A stretch of 64,000 nt of DNA. Origin: Felis catus. Lineage: Eukaryota. The notes beneath the pieces are model-generated. The model did not search any database. It worked only from the letters and a program-made list of their open reading frames with translations, and was not told where the DNA came from. The stretch is from the NCBI RefSeq assembly GCF_018350175.1, contig NC_058368.1, positions 7,936,001 to 8,000,000 on the forward strand, given 5' to 3'. Made by a program: the position numbers and the translations under genes. Shown here piece after piece: positions 1-14,069 of the stretch; position 1 is the stretch's first letter, and the number at the start of each line of letters is the position of its first letter.

Positions 1-1339
1 GGCTGTTGGAGATGCTGATAGCATCTTGAGACACAGTACTGTCCGCCTAAAAGCTCTGCAGATGCCTCCTGCTTGGAATGCCCTGGGAGAGGCCCCCTCC
101 CACTGTGGGAACTTTCCCACTGCATTCCACGGGGCAGGAAGTTGACCCCCAAAGCAATTCCACAGCCCTTACGCAGGCAAAATTCCTTTCAGTGGGACCC
201 AATGTGCTCGGGTGCATTTACACATTTCAAGAACCAACTCATTAAAAAACATCCTCAAGATGAACATTTATTACAGGAGAAAGGTCTATTTAACATTCTG
301 TGACTGCTTACTGAACACCAAGAATTTAACCAGATACGATGTAGTATCTGTGCTCGATCCCTGCCGCTCTTGATAGCTCAATCTCAGGCTGTGTTTGCAA
401 AGTAACCATTAGGGGAGCCTTAGGTTGAGTAGACGGACTTCAAGTCAGCATCATCCCTTCCTATACGGCTCTTGGATATTTTCTCAGAGGTCAAACGTCC
501 ACCCGCTGGCCTGGCGGGACCCAGCTTCAACTTGCTGGTGACAGCTGATGAGCTCAGCCCATGAAACGGCCCAGCTGTACATGGCAGGGGAAAGGAGGCC
601 AGAGGAAACGTGGGTGGGGTTTGACAACAACTAGGAGTTAGCACTGGGTCTCAGGGACGTTCCTGTCACATGGGGTGTGTGAAAGCCAGCATCAGGGCAC
701 GCTGTGAGCTTGCTTTACATGGGATATTGACAAGAATGGGGCCAACCTGAAGAGTTAGGAAGACTGCACTTTTAGCTTACAGACCCCGCTAACCCTGGGG
801 CACAGAGTGTTCCGTGTCAGTTACCTTTCAAGCTTCAGACCATCCCCCTCGGGACAGGAAGGGGGGACGCCAGCCAGGGGATGCACTGGGTCCTGGGGGG
901 TGAGGTACCTCGTCCAGAGGCTGTGCGCCTGCTGAGTCCCGCTGCCTCGCCCTGCGCCTTTCTGATGGTGGCGGCTGTTCGCGCTGCACGGGGCCCGGAC
1001 TTTGTCTTGTGGCGGTGTCACGCCAACCCTGACACGTGGCACGGTGTGGTGCCAGGCTGCCGGAATCGACAGGCAGCAGGGCCAGGGCACTTGACTCGCA
1101 CCACAGCACCGGTGGTCCTTCCCAGGAGGTTAGCGGAACTCCCTACGCAGAAGACCAGGGCCTCCGGCTCGGGGACCTGCCTTGACTTGAGACAGGACAA
1201 GTTCTACCTGGAAAGGGCAGGAAGCAAGCAGCTATGTCTTTGACCCAGGACCCTAGGCCCCGGCTTGCTCGTCCTTCGAATGCGGGGTCACAACAGGACC
1301 CTGGCTCACAGGTGAAATGTATGAACCTAGTAGGGGCCA

Positions 1340-1518
1340 TTTTTTTTTTTTTAACGTTTATTTATTTTGGGAGCGAGAGAGAGGGAGAGAGAATCCCAAG
1401 CCGGCTCCATGCTGTCAACGCAGAGCCCGACTTGGGGCGCAATCCCACGAACAGTGAGATCACGACCTGAGCCCAAGTCAGAAGTCAGACGCTTGCCGAC
1501 TGAGCCACCCAGGTGCCC
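1340..1518 (-). mobile_element. Can-SINE (older subfamily)
   Basis: tRNA-like head, short CT tract, A tail on the minus strand. Confidence 0.9.
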
Positions 1519-1577
1519 TGAGGGCTATTCTTTTGAAGGTTCTCCCCCACTCCCCCCGTCCCAGCGTTCCCTTTTCC

Positions 1578-1812
1578 TTTTTTTTTTTTTTTAATTTTTT
1601 TTTTCAACGTTTTATTTTTATTTTTGGGACAGAGAGAGACAGAGCATGAACGGGGGAGGGACAGAGAGAGAGAGGGAGACACAGAATCGGAAACAGGCTC
1701 CAGGCTCCGAGCCATCAGCCCAGAGCCTGACGCGGGGCTCGAACTCACGGACTGCGAGATCGTGACCTGGCTGAAGTCGGACGCTTAACCGACTGCGCCA
1801 CCCAGGCGCCCC
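1578..1812 (-). mobile_element. Young feline Can-SINE (SINEC_Fc-like)
   Basis: GGGGCGCCTGGGTGGCGCAGTCGGTTAAGCG head; TSD ccttttcctttttt. Confidence 0.95.
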
Positions 1813-2649
1813 CCTTTTCCTTTTTTAAAACATCCTTATCTTGTGGGCTTCAAGTACTATACGAGATGATTTCATTTTCATCCAAACCTATTGCATACAT
1901 CACAGGTTTTTTCCCCCTAAAACTAGTCAGACTTTGACCCAAATAGCGATCATTTTCTGCAGACAACCGAGTCACGACCTTCCCTGAGAAATTCGCCTCG
2001 TACCTGCCAGGGTGGCTTCGAAGTTGTTCTCTGGTCCTATCATTATTTTTAGAAAACTGTTTATGTGGGTTTTTTGCCCATGAAGCTCTTAAGACATCAA
2101 GAGAAGGGTGTGTTTTGTGTTCATTTGCATCTCCAGCACTGGCCCAGTGGAAATCTCAATAAATATTTCTCTATGGATGAAAAGAAAATTGATCAGACAT
2201 ACGTCGACCTGATTCTCCACGTGAGCCGGGCAAACAGTGCTACCCCTTGTTATCTAAAATCCAAAAACCAATAACCCAGCTAATTTCTCGAAGGCTTATT
2301 GGACTAATAAAATTGGCTTTCATACTATTTATAAAGCTTTTGAGGAATCTTTGGACACCAATTTGGAACCTCTCTTAAGGACGGAGTGACATGGAAAGAC
2401 TATTCAAATTAAACTTTCAGAAGTGAGCTTTCAAGGATAGTTGTAGGTAAAAGGTATTTAAGATTGCCATCACGTGCCTTCAGCTCGACGACACATTTTT
2501 AGGAAAGCTAGTAAAGCTAAACTCCTTAGGCCACAGAGGAATTTTGTGGTCTGGAACACCATTTGGGTGACTCACTGATTAAGTGTTGGAAGACTGTAAT
2601 GCAGAAAGTTCTGTTGAAGTTAATGTGGTTTAACATGTTAACGAACAGC

Positions 2650-3050
2650 AACGTTAGCTAATATTTAAAAAGCTTCTATTATATGGCAGATAGTGTTCTA
2701 AGTGTGTTAATCCTTACACCCCAGTAAGGCTGGTGTACCATTACTAACGTCTGTTCTGCAGATGAACGTACGGAAGCACCAGGAAGCTAAGTAATTGGCC
2801 CAAGGGCACACGCTCAGGAGGGGTGATGACCGGGCTTCACGCGGGGGGTCCTCTCCTGCCTTCCAACCCAGAGGCAGTAGAGCGGAATGGTTCTGCCCCA
2901 CACGTTCAGTGCTCAGCTCCACCCCTCCTAGCTTCGTAACCCTGAACCAAGTACTAAATCCTTCTGTGCTTCAGATTCTTGTCCACCAATGGGAAAAAAA
3001 AAATCCCCACTGGGTTGTCACCAAAGTTAGCTAGACTAACGCATGTTCAA
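2650..3050. mobile_element. Two MIR fragments in opposite orientation
   Basis: cagatgaacgtacggaagcac...cccaagggcacac and cttctgtgcttcagattcttgtccaccaatggg MIR-core-like motifs. Confidence 0.6.
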
Positions 3051-4690
3051 TGAGCAGAAGATGCCATGGCTGAATTCCATCACCATATTTTGAATTCCGA
3101 TCAAGGCCAGCTTGATGTCATTGTTTAGACTCAAGTATGAAGGCATGCACATCCCGTCCTCTGGCCCTCCTGTGTGAAATCAGTGAGTAGAGAGTTCATG
3201 TCTCCATTGCCAGCACTGGTCTCTCCTCGGGAACCCTTCTCAATTGCCAACACCCAGGAGAACGGTAACATCAATCACCCACATCTTCATGTGAATTAGT
3301 TTATCACATCCTTCCTAGTGCCAGGCTAGCTGGGGGGGGGGGTAGTGAATTTGGGGCAGGATTCAGGAAGAGAGGAGCCAAAGCAGAGGACCGTCCAGCC
3401 TCAGAGGAGTGTCAAAAAGAAACAAGACCCGAAGGCTGGCCTGGCCAAGGGGGATAAAAGGGAGGCACTGCATACCTGAGATAATTTTGACCTTTTCCTA
3501 TTCTGTACTCTCAGAATTTATTAAGGAACACAGCGTATGTTTCCTGCTGTGTGGGTCCTTTCCTGAAATGTGTTAATGTGCAATCATTATGGCATAACAT
3601 TTACAGATCTCACCTCTGATGCCTTTCCATTTAAACTGCAGGACCCTGAGGCAGTCCTTTGGCGCTTCCCATGATTTTCCTATCCATCCGTCGTCCCCAA
3701 AAGAATGTCTAACGTGGAATTTTCTCCTGTGTAATTATAAGGGCTACTGAAACCGTACTTCGATAGCAAGGCTTAAATCTGTTATCAGAATGTATGTACA
3801 CACACGTTGTGGTTCTTACTTGCAATAATAATTCTAAAGTCGAGTTTATCTTAAGTCCTTGGGTGAAAACGTGCCCCGCTTGCATTGAAACGGTCCCACT
3901 GCGTTCCATGGGCTCTTGAGGGCTGTGTCAATTTCAGAAATTATTTTGGTTACTGACAGTTTTGTGTTGTTGTTTTTCATGTTAGAACTTCCCCTCTGAG
4001 AGTTCCACGTGTGCTCCTGGACCGTCCAAAGCAAACAAGACCTGGGATTATTTAAAGAAGCTACTTTGACTCCACAGTCCACTCATCCTTTTCAGATACA
4101 AAAATAACACATTGTTTTATCTATGAGTATAAGAATCCTTTTTCAAGGGAAATAAAAAGAGCAGACAGTTTCCTTCCTGGCTAATTCACGAACCTCTTCA
4201 AATCTGTTAAACACAGCCGCAGACACAACTCATTTGCTCGGTTTCATTTCCTAAACCCCACCTGACAAGATAGGTCAGCTTGCAGGGTGTGCGTGCATAT
4301 TTTAGGAAATCAAGTCTGAAGCTAGGGAACGTTTCACAGCCACCAGAGAGCCAGGATCTAATTTCAGTGATAAAATTAGTGAGCAGGTACGGCATCGAGC
4401 TATTCTGAAGAGCATCCGGGGACCAACTTTTCATTCGGTGAGCCTCGAGGACTTCCACTCAAGATACGGCATCTGACTAATAAGATTCACTCAAGAGCCA
4501 CTTTTTAGGAGTCTCCTTATCCAAAATTACGTATGGAGCTGAAACCTACCTCCTGACACATCACCACCACCTCCCTTCCTTGGTTCCGGGTATCTTTTCT
4601 GGTGTACCAAAGAATGAGTTAGAAAGTCTCCCTGGGGGTGAAGCTTGTTAAACATTTACGGAAAACAATAATATCGCCCCTTAGTTTTTA

Positions 4691-4913
4691 AAAAAAAATT
4701 TTTTTCTTAATGTTTTTATTTATTTTTGAGACAGAGAGAGACAGAGCATGAGCAGGGAAGGGGCAGAGAGAGAGGGAGACACAGAATCGGAAACAGGCTC
4801 CAGGCTCTGAGCCGTCAGCCCAGAGCCTGACGCGGGGCTCGAACTCACGGACCGCGAGATCATGACCTGAGCCGAAGTCGGACGCTCAACCGACTGAGCC
4901 ACCCAGGCGCCCC
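4691..4913 (-). mobile_element. Feline Can-SINE
   Basis: Full length; 18-bp TSD atcgccccttagttttta at 4673-4690 and 4914-4931. Confidence 0.95.
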
Positions 4914-6327
4914 ATCGCCCCTTAGTTTTTAGACTAACAATCCTCATTTCCTTACACTGCTCCATCATTACCCTAGTAGGATACGGTCCCATTTATGTTA
5001 CACTCCTCTTATGAACGGGTACAGTGTTTCAGGTAGTTTGATGACCGCTTGATCAGGCCATCTGTTTTTAAGGGGAGAGGGGAGTTTTGCCGTCACTCGG
5101 AGAGCAGAGGGCGGGGGGAACTACACAAGAGGGCAAGGAAAAAGGCAGAAAAACATGAAAAGCAGACACAAGAACTCAAAGAGCACGGCAGCCGGGGACA
5201 GTGACGGGTGAAAAGAAAGAGCCATGTACGTCAAGTCTGTAGGCACCTCGTAAACGTGATCATTTCCCCAGGCGCTACTGAAGATCAACGCCACATCAGG
5301 GAAAAGAGGTCATGAGTCAAAAGTACCAGTTCTTCAGAAAACCCAGCGGGCTGGCCACCAGGAACGAGGTAAAATCACCTAGACTTTGTTGTTGCCAAGG
5401 GACACAACGTAGAAGGTGCACTGTTGCCTCATAGCTCACTGCCCCGTTCACCTTGCCAATCTGACGTCCTCCGAGGCTTCCTTTAGACCCTGGCTCCCTA
5501 CCCACGTCCCTTCTTGCCTCTGCGACCTCCCTGAGCTCTGATTAGCGGCCCTGGGTGGTGTATTGGCTGCAAACTAGCGCTTCGACTTCACCCTGGGGAG
5601 GAGCTCAAAGTGCCTATCGATCCGGCTCTAATGGTTTCTGTGTGCACCTTAATCTCCTTCCAGCTAGGTTTTCAAGGCCCCCGGAGGGGAGGGGAGATGG
5701 CTTACACTTCTTTACTCTGCCCAGCCCTGGGCACATAAATACATTGCTGAGTTACCGGCGAACAGGGATTGGCTTAAGTCTATTGCCAGACATTGCAATA
5801 TATATATATATTCAGAAATTGCAAGATATTGACGTATGTCTCTTTTCAGACATTCAGTGGTAGTTTTCTACGTGGATCAACCCGCAGATACATTTTTCAG
5901 ACGCTCTGGGATAGAGGAGTGAACGATATGCCGTGGTAAGCACTGCGTCAAAGGTATACGTCAAGTGCTCTGGGAGCACAGAGGGAGATGATGGTAAGGC
6001 AGGAGGACCCTTCCTCTCCCCCTGTAGCAAGAGCAGAAGTGAGCTGTCCGGATGAGTAGGGCTGTCCGGGGGAGAATGAGGCGGGAAGGAAGGCCGTGGA
6101 GACTAAAGGAAGACGCTGTGGGCAGGCAGATGAGGGACAGCGGATCTGCAGGGGGTTCCGGGCAGGTGCACGGCAGGGGAGCTCAGGTGTGAAGGGAGGG
6201 ATGAGCCACGAGGCTGCAGGAGGCCAGGAAGGACCTGGATGAGGATAACAGGCCATCAGGAGCCACAACATATTTGAAGCAGGGAGTCATCTGTCGTAAG
6301 ATTAGTCATTCAAAAAGGATCACGGTA

Positions 6328-6498
6328 GGGGCGCCTCGGTGGCTCAGTTGGTTGAGTATCCGACTCCGGCTCAGGTCATGATCTCGAGGTTTGGGAGTCT
6401 GAGCCCCGTATCAGGCTGGCTGCTGTCAGCGCAGAGCCCGCTTCAGATCTCTCTCTCAAAAATAAAAAAAAATACAGAAAATAAAATAAAATAAAAAA
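6328..6498 (+). mobile_element. Can-SINE
   Basis: tRNA-like head and (AAAAT)n tail. Confidence 0.9.
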
Positions 6499-8324
6499 GA
6501 TCCTCTAGAATTGGAAGATGATCGAAGGACAGAGAAGTAGGTAGGCTGCTTGGGAGGCTGAGAGATGACGTCGGGAGAGGACAGGGTCAGGACCTCCGTA
6601 GCGGCAGCTGACGTGGGCAACTGTCTCCCCTTTCCTCAGAAGCAAATGACCCAGGCCGATAAATGTGTAGAAATGATCAGTGGCAGCCGGATTCTTAATG
6701 CTGTCTGGCTTTCCAGAGGAGTGGGTAGTGGGAAAAGGAATCACTGCAGGAAATGAGAACCAGGTAGAGAGAAACCCAAATAACAGGACGAAATGGGAAA
6801 AGTCCAACAGCTCGATTTTAGGCCAAGGCCTCGAGGACAAGTCCCCGCGGCACTTCAGGGGTGGGAAGCCCGGAGGGAGGGCGGCAATGTTCCGCAGCTA
6901 CGGGACACGGACCCCGGTCAGCCTCACCGTGCGTGTGTCATGTGACTTTGGGCAAATAACTTAACCCTCTGGACTGCCCATCTTTTCGTCTGTAGACTGA
7001 AGATAATACTGGTTACTTCTTTGGATTCTTACGGCGCTCATGGGATCAGGGATGCCCGTTATGTAGCAACGTCTGCATAGAAAGATACCGAATAAAGCCT
7101 CTTGCTAAGTGCTGGGCACGGGCGTGGGGTACAAAAGTATGTCAGACCCCACTCCTGCCTCACAAGGTCTACAGTTCAGTAGGGAAGACAGACCTATGGA
7201 CGCCTAATTAACCCCTAAAGGCAGAATACAGGAAGTACTGATGAGAAGATTCAAGAACCATGGAGAGCGAGGGCAGAGAAGAGGGTAGGTATCCGAGTCA
7301 GCTGTTGATCCTGGAGGACGCTGCTGAGTACAAAGTATCTAATCTACACTGGACACAGGGGAGAAGGAGCATCAGGCTGCCATGGGGAGGGCGCCTGGAC
7401 AAAAGACATTCTGGGCTGTGTTCGCATGGGGCCGCCCTCAGCAGCGGGTGTGAGTCAGGCTCTCTGATGGCCAGAGTGCAGGCTCCTAGGCCAGCCTGGG
7501 AGCCTCCACGGTGCCATGGCTCCGCCTGTGGGCAGAAAAAGCCTCCCAGCAGGGGGGACTACTCCCAGAGGGTAGACTTGTGACAAATAGGAGGGGGGTG
7601 GTCGTGACTGTGGGCAGAAGAAACGCACAGATGCCTTGAAGCGACGTGGCTTCCGGGAAACCCAGATCAGCCTGGCAGAAAAGGCGAAGGGAAAGGAAGG
7701 GAAGTCTCTGTGGAGACCTATAAACTTGTGTCAATATCCCTCCGGGCAAGGCCTTCTCCCAAGCCATCAGCTGCCCGGCTGGTCAGATGCCAACCCCGGC
7801 TCCCTGGTAGAGGCAGAGGAGAGTAGGGATGCACGGCAGGAGGGCGCATATGGGGCTGGGGCGCACATGAGAAGAACCCGGCTCCCATGCTCGTCTACCA
7901 TCACTTGGCTACAGGATGAAGGTCAGTCATTTCACTCCTGCCTGGGGCTTCATAACTGCTCTGTTGTCAGCACAGGGGGGGAAATGCCCTCTGGACTGCG
8001 GAGTGGGCACCTCCTTGCCCTCTGTGGCCACCCCTGCCTCAGATCTGTGGCCCTCCCTGGCCTGACACGGTTACTCCCCGACAGCCACATCTGGAGTCCT
8101 TGTTTAAAAGTAAATGAAAGGTCCTTTGAAGAGGGAGGTGTTCTCTCCAGGGGTAAGCAGACGAGTCGAAAGAATACTCTGAGACAAGGATTATTTGGGA
8201 GAGAAACAGGACCATTACTGTAACTATTTGGGGAATGCTACTCCCCACTTTTCCTGGAAGTATAGATTTGTGGGAGCGTGGTTTTGGGATTTTTCAGGAG
8301 ACTGTCTAAAATCATCTACTCGTT

Positions 8325-8550
8325 GGGGCACCTGGGGGGCTCAGCCATTACAGTGTTGGACTCTTGATTTCAGCTCAGGTCATGATCCCATGGTTCGTGG
8401 GTTCGAGCCCCGAGTCGGACTCGGGGCTGACAGCATGGAGCCTGCCTGTGGGATTTTCTCTCTCTTTCCGCCCCTCCCCCACGCGTATTAATGCGTGCAC
8501 GCTCTCTCTCTCTCTCTCAAAATAAACGCAGAAAAATAAACTAAATAAAA
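8325..8550 (+). mobile_element. Can-SINE
   Basis: Head, (CT)n, A tail; degenerate TSD taaaatcatctactc/taaaatcctctcctc. Confidence 0.9.
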
Positions 8551-9497
8551 TCCTCTCCTCAAAAAAGAATGGGGACGATGCTCTGTTTTAAAGGAGTCTG
8601 AATTCTCAGAATTATAATCTTTAAGCCATGTAAGTTTCCAGGGCGGAAGAACTGATCTATTTCCCCTGCCAGGAGTATTTCCATAGTCTGAGGTCTCCCG
8701 GGAAGCCTGGAAACAGAGTCCCCAACAAATTGCATCTTTTCATGTAAACCTCAATAGGCCATAGATATTTAGGTCCAAGGAGGTGTCAATTTGATATTTT
8801 ATGATGCCGTAAATGTTATGTTTTGCATGACTTCTGGTATCAGAGGACTGCAATTGCCGTCTGAACTGGTTTCCACATGGGAGCCACATGGCCACAGCCC
8901 CGAGTAGGATTAGGCCGCTTTGGATTTTGCTGCTCAGCGAACTATCTGAGGCCTCCGAAGAGGAAGCACTTGGAATATTTTTCTCAAATGTGGTCTGTTT
9001 TTTTATGTGTTGCTTCTCCCTGATAATATTTTGCAGCCTACTTCGTGTTAAAAAAAAAAAAAAAAAAAAACCCAGCTTACGAAGACACTCAGAAGAGAGG
9101 CGTGTAGGTGTCTCACTCGTGGGAATCGGAAAAGGAAAAAGAACGAACTCTGGGTTTTCCCCTCTACCTACACCCCTCTTCCTCCTTGGGTTTCTTTGTC
9201 ACAGGTGTGGCCACTGCGGTCACTCTCTATGGGTCAATGCCATCCCTCGGGCGGCAGCTGGTTTTCCTCTCTTCCGGGATACTTCCCTGCAGAGACCGTG
9301 TTCGGGTGGCCGGCCAGTGTCTTCCCCTTCTGCCTTGCCAGGCCACCCAGCAGGTCCCTTCCCGGAGCGACAGGGGAGGGGCGAGGAGGTCAGGGAAAGG
9401 AACAGGCTGGGGCGGCAGCGGGAGACCGGGAGGTGGAAAGTTGAACAGGGACACAGCCGTCTGAGCTGGTTCTGGTTGCTTTCTGAAGCCGGTTTAC

Positions 9498-9629
9498 CTT
9501 GAACAGTGAGGTATGCCGAACTTTCCACGGACCCCTTCTGGTTGGTGGCTCTGCAGTGATATGCACCTTCGTCGTCTTCTGTGACTCTTTCAAGGAACAG
9601 CGTGCTGCTTCCCGGTCCTAAGATAATTC
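9498..9629 (-). CDS. FLT1: FLT1 exon 15 (132 nt, Ig-like domain 7, C-terminal half)
   Basis: (G)IILGPGSSTLFLERVTEDDEGAYHCRATNQKGSVESSAYLTVQ(G). Acceptor CTCCCTCTTCAG; donor AAG|GTAAAC; phase 1-1. Confidence 0.97.
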
Positions 9630-12389
9630 CTGAAGAGGGAGAGATGTTTACATTAGCGAGCCCGGGGGACAGACAAAAACAGCTACTTCTGTCATACTAC
9701 CCTTTGCCTATAGTTATGCGTTCAGACGAGGAAATCCGAGCTCTAGGCAACCTTGGGCCCGGCGGCCTGTTTGTGTTTTCTGGGTCCAGGCTTTTGAACA
9801 GCACCTTCACCATGCAGCAGAGCTCGGACACCGCCCCCCCTTCTGGAGGTGATGGGACCCAGGCCGTTCACCGAGTGCAGAGAAAGGAGGTGGGGCATCT
9901 TTCAAGAGCCAACGTCAAGGGCACACCACATCCAATAATAACACCACTTACCGGGGGGCCTGCTGGGTGTTAGCACCGCACGGGCCACTTCACATCCTGA
10001 CATTTACAGCCAGCCCGCAGGGTCTTTGTGTCTCCATTTGACAAATGTGGAAACAGATTTGGCGAGATGAACCCCTACCAAATACACATATATCATCCCT
10101 CCCCCCCAACCCCCACCCCAGCAAACAGGAAGTGTTTCTTGAATGAGGATGAGTACATGTAGCCCAGCATACCCAATTAAATGCAAAGTCTGGGGTGGGA
10201 GGGAGACCAGTGAGAACCAGAATACGCAGGAAGGCACCATGGAGGAACTGGGCCTTGAGCTGAGGTTTAAAGGATTAACAGGGGCCGCTGAAATCATGCT
10301 TGTTCTGAAATGGTGATACAATGGGCCTGCCCAGGCTACAGGCTGTATTTTGTCAAATGGTTTATATTTCCCCTGATTAAGAGAGCCATCCAATAAGGAA
10401 AACGTGAGAAATACTGGAAAGCATAAAGACAATGTAAAACAAACGTACAGTCTTTCCTCCCAGCTATTTTCCCTTTGTTCTTCTTAAAGTGCACTTTTTA
10501 ACAACCATACGCCCGTTCATGTGCTATTTTTGAGCCCCGACTATATACCAGCCGCTATTCTAAATCCGGCGATATCAGACTGAGCGAGACAAACGAACGC
10601 TCGCCTACAAAGGGCTCCGATTATGGTTTTAGAGAGTTACAAATAAGTAATTTAAAGGAACGATAAAGTCCGTAAAGAAACTAAACCAGGTGAAGGGGAC
10701 CATGGGTTATGGGGGGGGGGTTAGGGGAAGCTCTCTTGGGAGATGACATCTGAGCAGAGACCCGAAAGACGAGCTATTTGGAGATCTGGAAGGGGTATCT
10801 GAGGCACATAGGGAGGAGGATCTCTAAAGTCCCCGGGGCAGCAATGAGTTTCAGGGACAGGGAAAAGACCACTGCAGACTTTAGCTAGCAAGCAGGACAG
10901 GGGAGGGTTCGCAAGGCCCGACCATGAATGACCACAGGCCATGGTAAGAATTTAAGGTTTTGTTCTAAGCGCCGGAAAAAGCCACTGGAGGGTTATATCT
11001 AACTGCTCGTAACTATAAATAAGAGTACAATTCACACATCTTTAGGCATAAAGATTACTCTCTATTTCGGATTGCTTCCTTAGGATACATTTTCAGAAAC
11101 AGGCGTATTAGGTCAAGAGCTCGTGATTCTTACAACCGCACTGCCTCCCAAAAAGATTATACCCATTAACGTGTCCACCAGCAGAGAAGAGGCTTTTATG
11201 TCTCTCCCGCCCGTGACGAGCGGGACCATCTAAAAAGATAAAATACAAAACACAAACCTTTGCTGGTTTGAAAGCGGACCTGGCAGCCATTTTTATTTTG
11301 AAAGCACCCGTCCGGGGTGCTTGACTAGAAAAAGCGAGTTCAGATTGAGGAGAGCTTTGAACCCCTGGCCGAGGAGTTTCCGTTTCGGTGTAGAAGGAAG
11401 AGAGGGGCTCACAGAGGTTTTCGAGCAGGGAAATGACCTAAGGAAAGCAATGTTTGAGGAAGTTTAGTCTAGAGGGAGAAGACGGGGTAGGCTGCCGCGG
11501 GGGACAAGTGGCATCTGGAGTTCAGCTCACCAGGTGTAATCCGGGCAAGGAATAGGGGGCATCCAAATCCGGATGAAGGAACAGGAAGCAGAGAGGAAGA
11601 AACGTAAACAGACACTTGGCAGAAGCAACCTGCACGAGTCGCCCCCTCCTGGAGGCAGGAGTGGACAGAGAGGAGTGCCAGACGGGTCTGGTCTTCTAAG
11701 CCCAGGAAATGGGGGGTGGGGTGGGGTGGGGTGGGGGGATGCGTGGCCTGTGAGTATGTCTCCCCATGGGTACGATGAGAATAATACCTGCTTTGCCTAT
11801 TTTATGGTACCGCCGTGAGGCCCAATGGAGATAACTGAAGTGAGAGTTCTGGAAAGGGGAAGACAGGGCACCTGTGGGAATCGCAGGAAGTCAGAGCGTG
11901 GCTGGAGCGTGGGCTACCAAGGGCGACGAGCATTCATGGCGGCAGTGGTCTCCTACTCATGAGTGTCACTGCAGCAGCCCTGACCTCCACCAACTTGCTG
12001 TCGCCCCGGTCTTGGTTTGAGGCTAACACAATGAACAAATGAAGGCCCAAGACCTTGGGTGTCACTCGAGGAGACAGACAGGGGCGTAGTTGCCAAGGTG
12101 AAAAGACAGTGTCAAGGATGCTGTAGAGCTAACGCCACCGGGCCGTTTCCTGTTTCGGTCGCGCGGAGGAGGTGACGGGGTGTCCCGAGCCACCCAGCGA
12201 AGCTCTTCTTTCCCACCGGCTATGCTCCGACAGGCGGCGCAGGCATGGGAACATCAGCCGCGTTCTCACTCTCTGCTCTCGCGGTTTCTTGCCCCTCTGG
12301 CCAACACAGGCCAGTTACTACCTCTACTAGGCTTCCTCATCCCCCAGATCTGCCCGCACGTACGCGTAGTTGTGTCCCCTGGTTTCTTT

Positions 12390-12617
12390 TTTTTTAAAAA
12401 AAAATTTTTTTTTTCAACGTTTATTTATTTTTGGGACAGAGAGAGACAGAGCATGAACGGGGGAGGGGCAGAGAGAGAGGGAGACACAGAATCGGAAACA
12501 GGCTCCAGGCTCCGAGCCGTCAGCCCAGAGCCCGACGCGGGGCTCGAACTCACGGACCGCGAGATCGTGACCTGGCTGAAGTCGGACGCTTAACCGACTG
12601 CGCCACCCAGGCGCCCC
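12390..12617 (-). mobile_element. Young feline Can-SINE
   Basis: TSD tcccctggtttcttt at 12375-12389 and 12618-12632. Confidence 0.95.
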
Positions 12618-13139
12618 TCCCCTGGTTTCTTTAACGCCTTAACCTTCATACCGCTCACTTCACCCGACCCGGTCCCTACGATACAGATGCTGTTTCTTCT
12701 ACTGAGGAGCGCACCCTCTGCAAAGGGCTTTCTTTTTAGCTTTTTCATTGGGATCCGTTTCAAACATTTAAAAGTGCAGGAAAACTAGAACCCATGTGCC
12801 CACCACGAAGAGAGTCAGGGGTCAACTTTTGGCCATACTGGCTCTAGGCCCCCTCCCCCCCTCTCTTTTTATACGAATACAATTCACCGATACCTTATCC
12901 CCTTCCCTCTCCTCTCTCCAGAGGCATCGCTATCCTAAAGGTGGGGCGTTATCACTCTCAGGCATGTTTTTGTGCTTTGTCCACATAGGTATGTACCTCC
13001 GTAGAAGAGGTAATATTGTTTTGTGCCTTTAAAAATTCTAAATAAAAGGCACCATACAGTAGATGCCTTTTCTCAACTTTTCCTATTTAATGATATTTTG
13101 ATATTTATCCTGGTTGATGCATGTAGGATAGAGTTCATT

Positions 13140-13216
13140 GTTTTTCAAACGTTTATTTATTCTGAGTGAGAGAGCCCAAGAGGGCAAGTGGGCAGGAGGG
13201 GGTGGGGCAGAGAGAG

Positions 13217-13273
<57 letters not shown>

Positions 13274-13387
13274 CAAGCAGACTACGCTATCCGCGCAGAG
13301 CCGGACGCGGGCCTCAACCTCACGAACCATGAGATCGTGACCTGAGCTGAAACGAACGCTTAACCAACTGAGCCACCCAGGCGCCCC
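13140..13387 (-). mobile_element. Can-SINE with expanded (CT)n
   Basis: SINE head; (GA)n on + at about 13209-13268. Confidence 0.9.
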
Positions 13388-14069
13388 TGGAGTTCATTTT
13401 TAACTCATGTAGAAAACTCATATTTAGCTCATCGTATACAAAAAAATACACTTTTCTGCCATAAGGTAGTTTTCGCTTTTTTGCTCCCATGAAGAAGGCT
13501 GCCAGCGCACCTGTCCCAGACAGTTGTACATGGTTATGCACACATCTCCTTGTGCTGGGTTATAGAGTACACCGATTTTCACCTCCACCAAGAATTACAG
13601 AATGTCTTCCAAAAACTACTGATTTATACTTTCACTAACACTAAGAGCTGCCCTTCCCCATACTTCCCGATACTTGGAACTATCAGATGTTTTAATTGGG
13701 GGCAAAATGACGGGTGTGAGACGGCATCTCACGGCGGTATTAACCTACATTTCTCTGATTACCAGGTAGGTGGAATATGGAGCATCACTTTCCATTTTTT
13801 TTTGGCCATGAAGGCTTCCTTTCCTGGGAATTACCTCTTCATGTCCCCCACCCATTTTTCTATTAGCCTATTTGTCTTTTTCGCAGCGATTTTAGGTTCT
13901 CTATATGTTTTGGGTACTAATTCCTTATTGGTTAAATATGCTGCGAGGTCCCCCCAACATTCTATGAACAGTCTTTGAAACTTTGTGAATTTTTAATACA
14001 AAAGTTTAAAAAATTCTAATGTAGTCCGATTTGTTAATATTCTCAATTATCCTTTGTGCTGCTTGTTCT

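Noticed and set aside
7636..9502. Long plus-strand ORFs (195 aa at 7636-8223; 204 aa at 8888-9502)
   Set aside because: No recognisable domain; low-complexity parts derive from a poly-A run; GC-rich intron, consistent with chance ORFs.
12180..12634. ORFs with ERERERGRHRIGNRLQA / DREIVTWLKSDA peptides recurring across the window
   Set aside because: These are translations of Can-SINE sequence, not genes.
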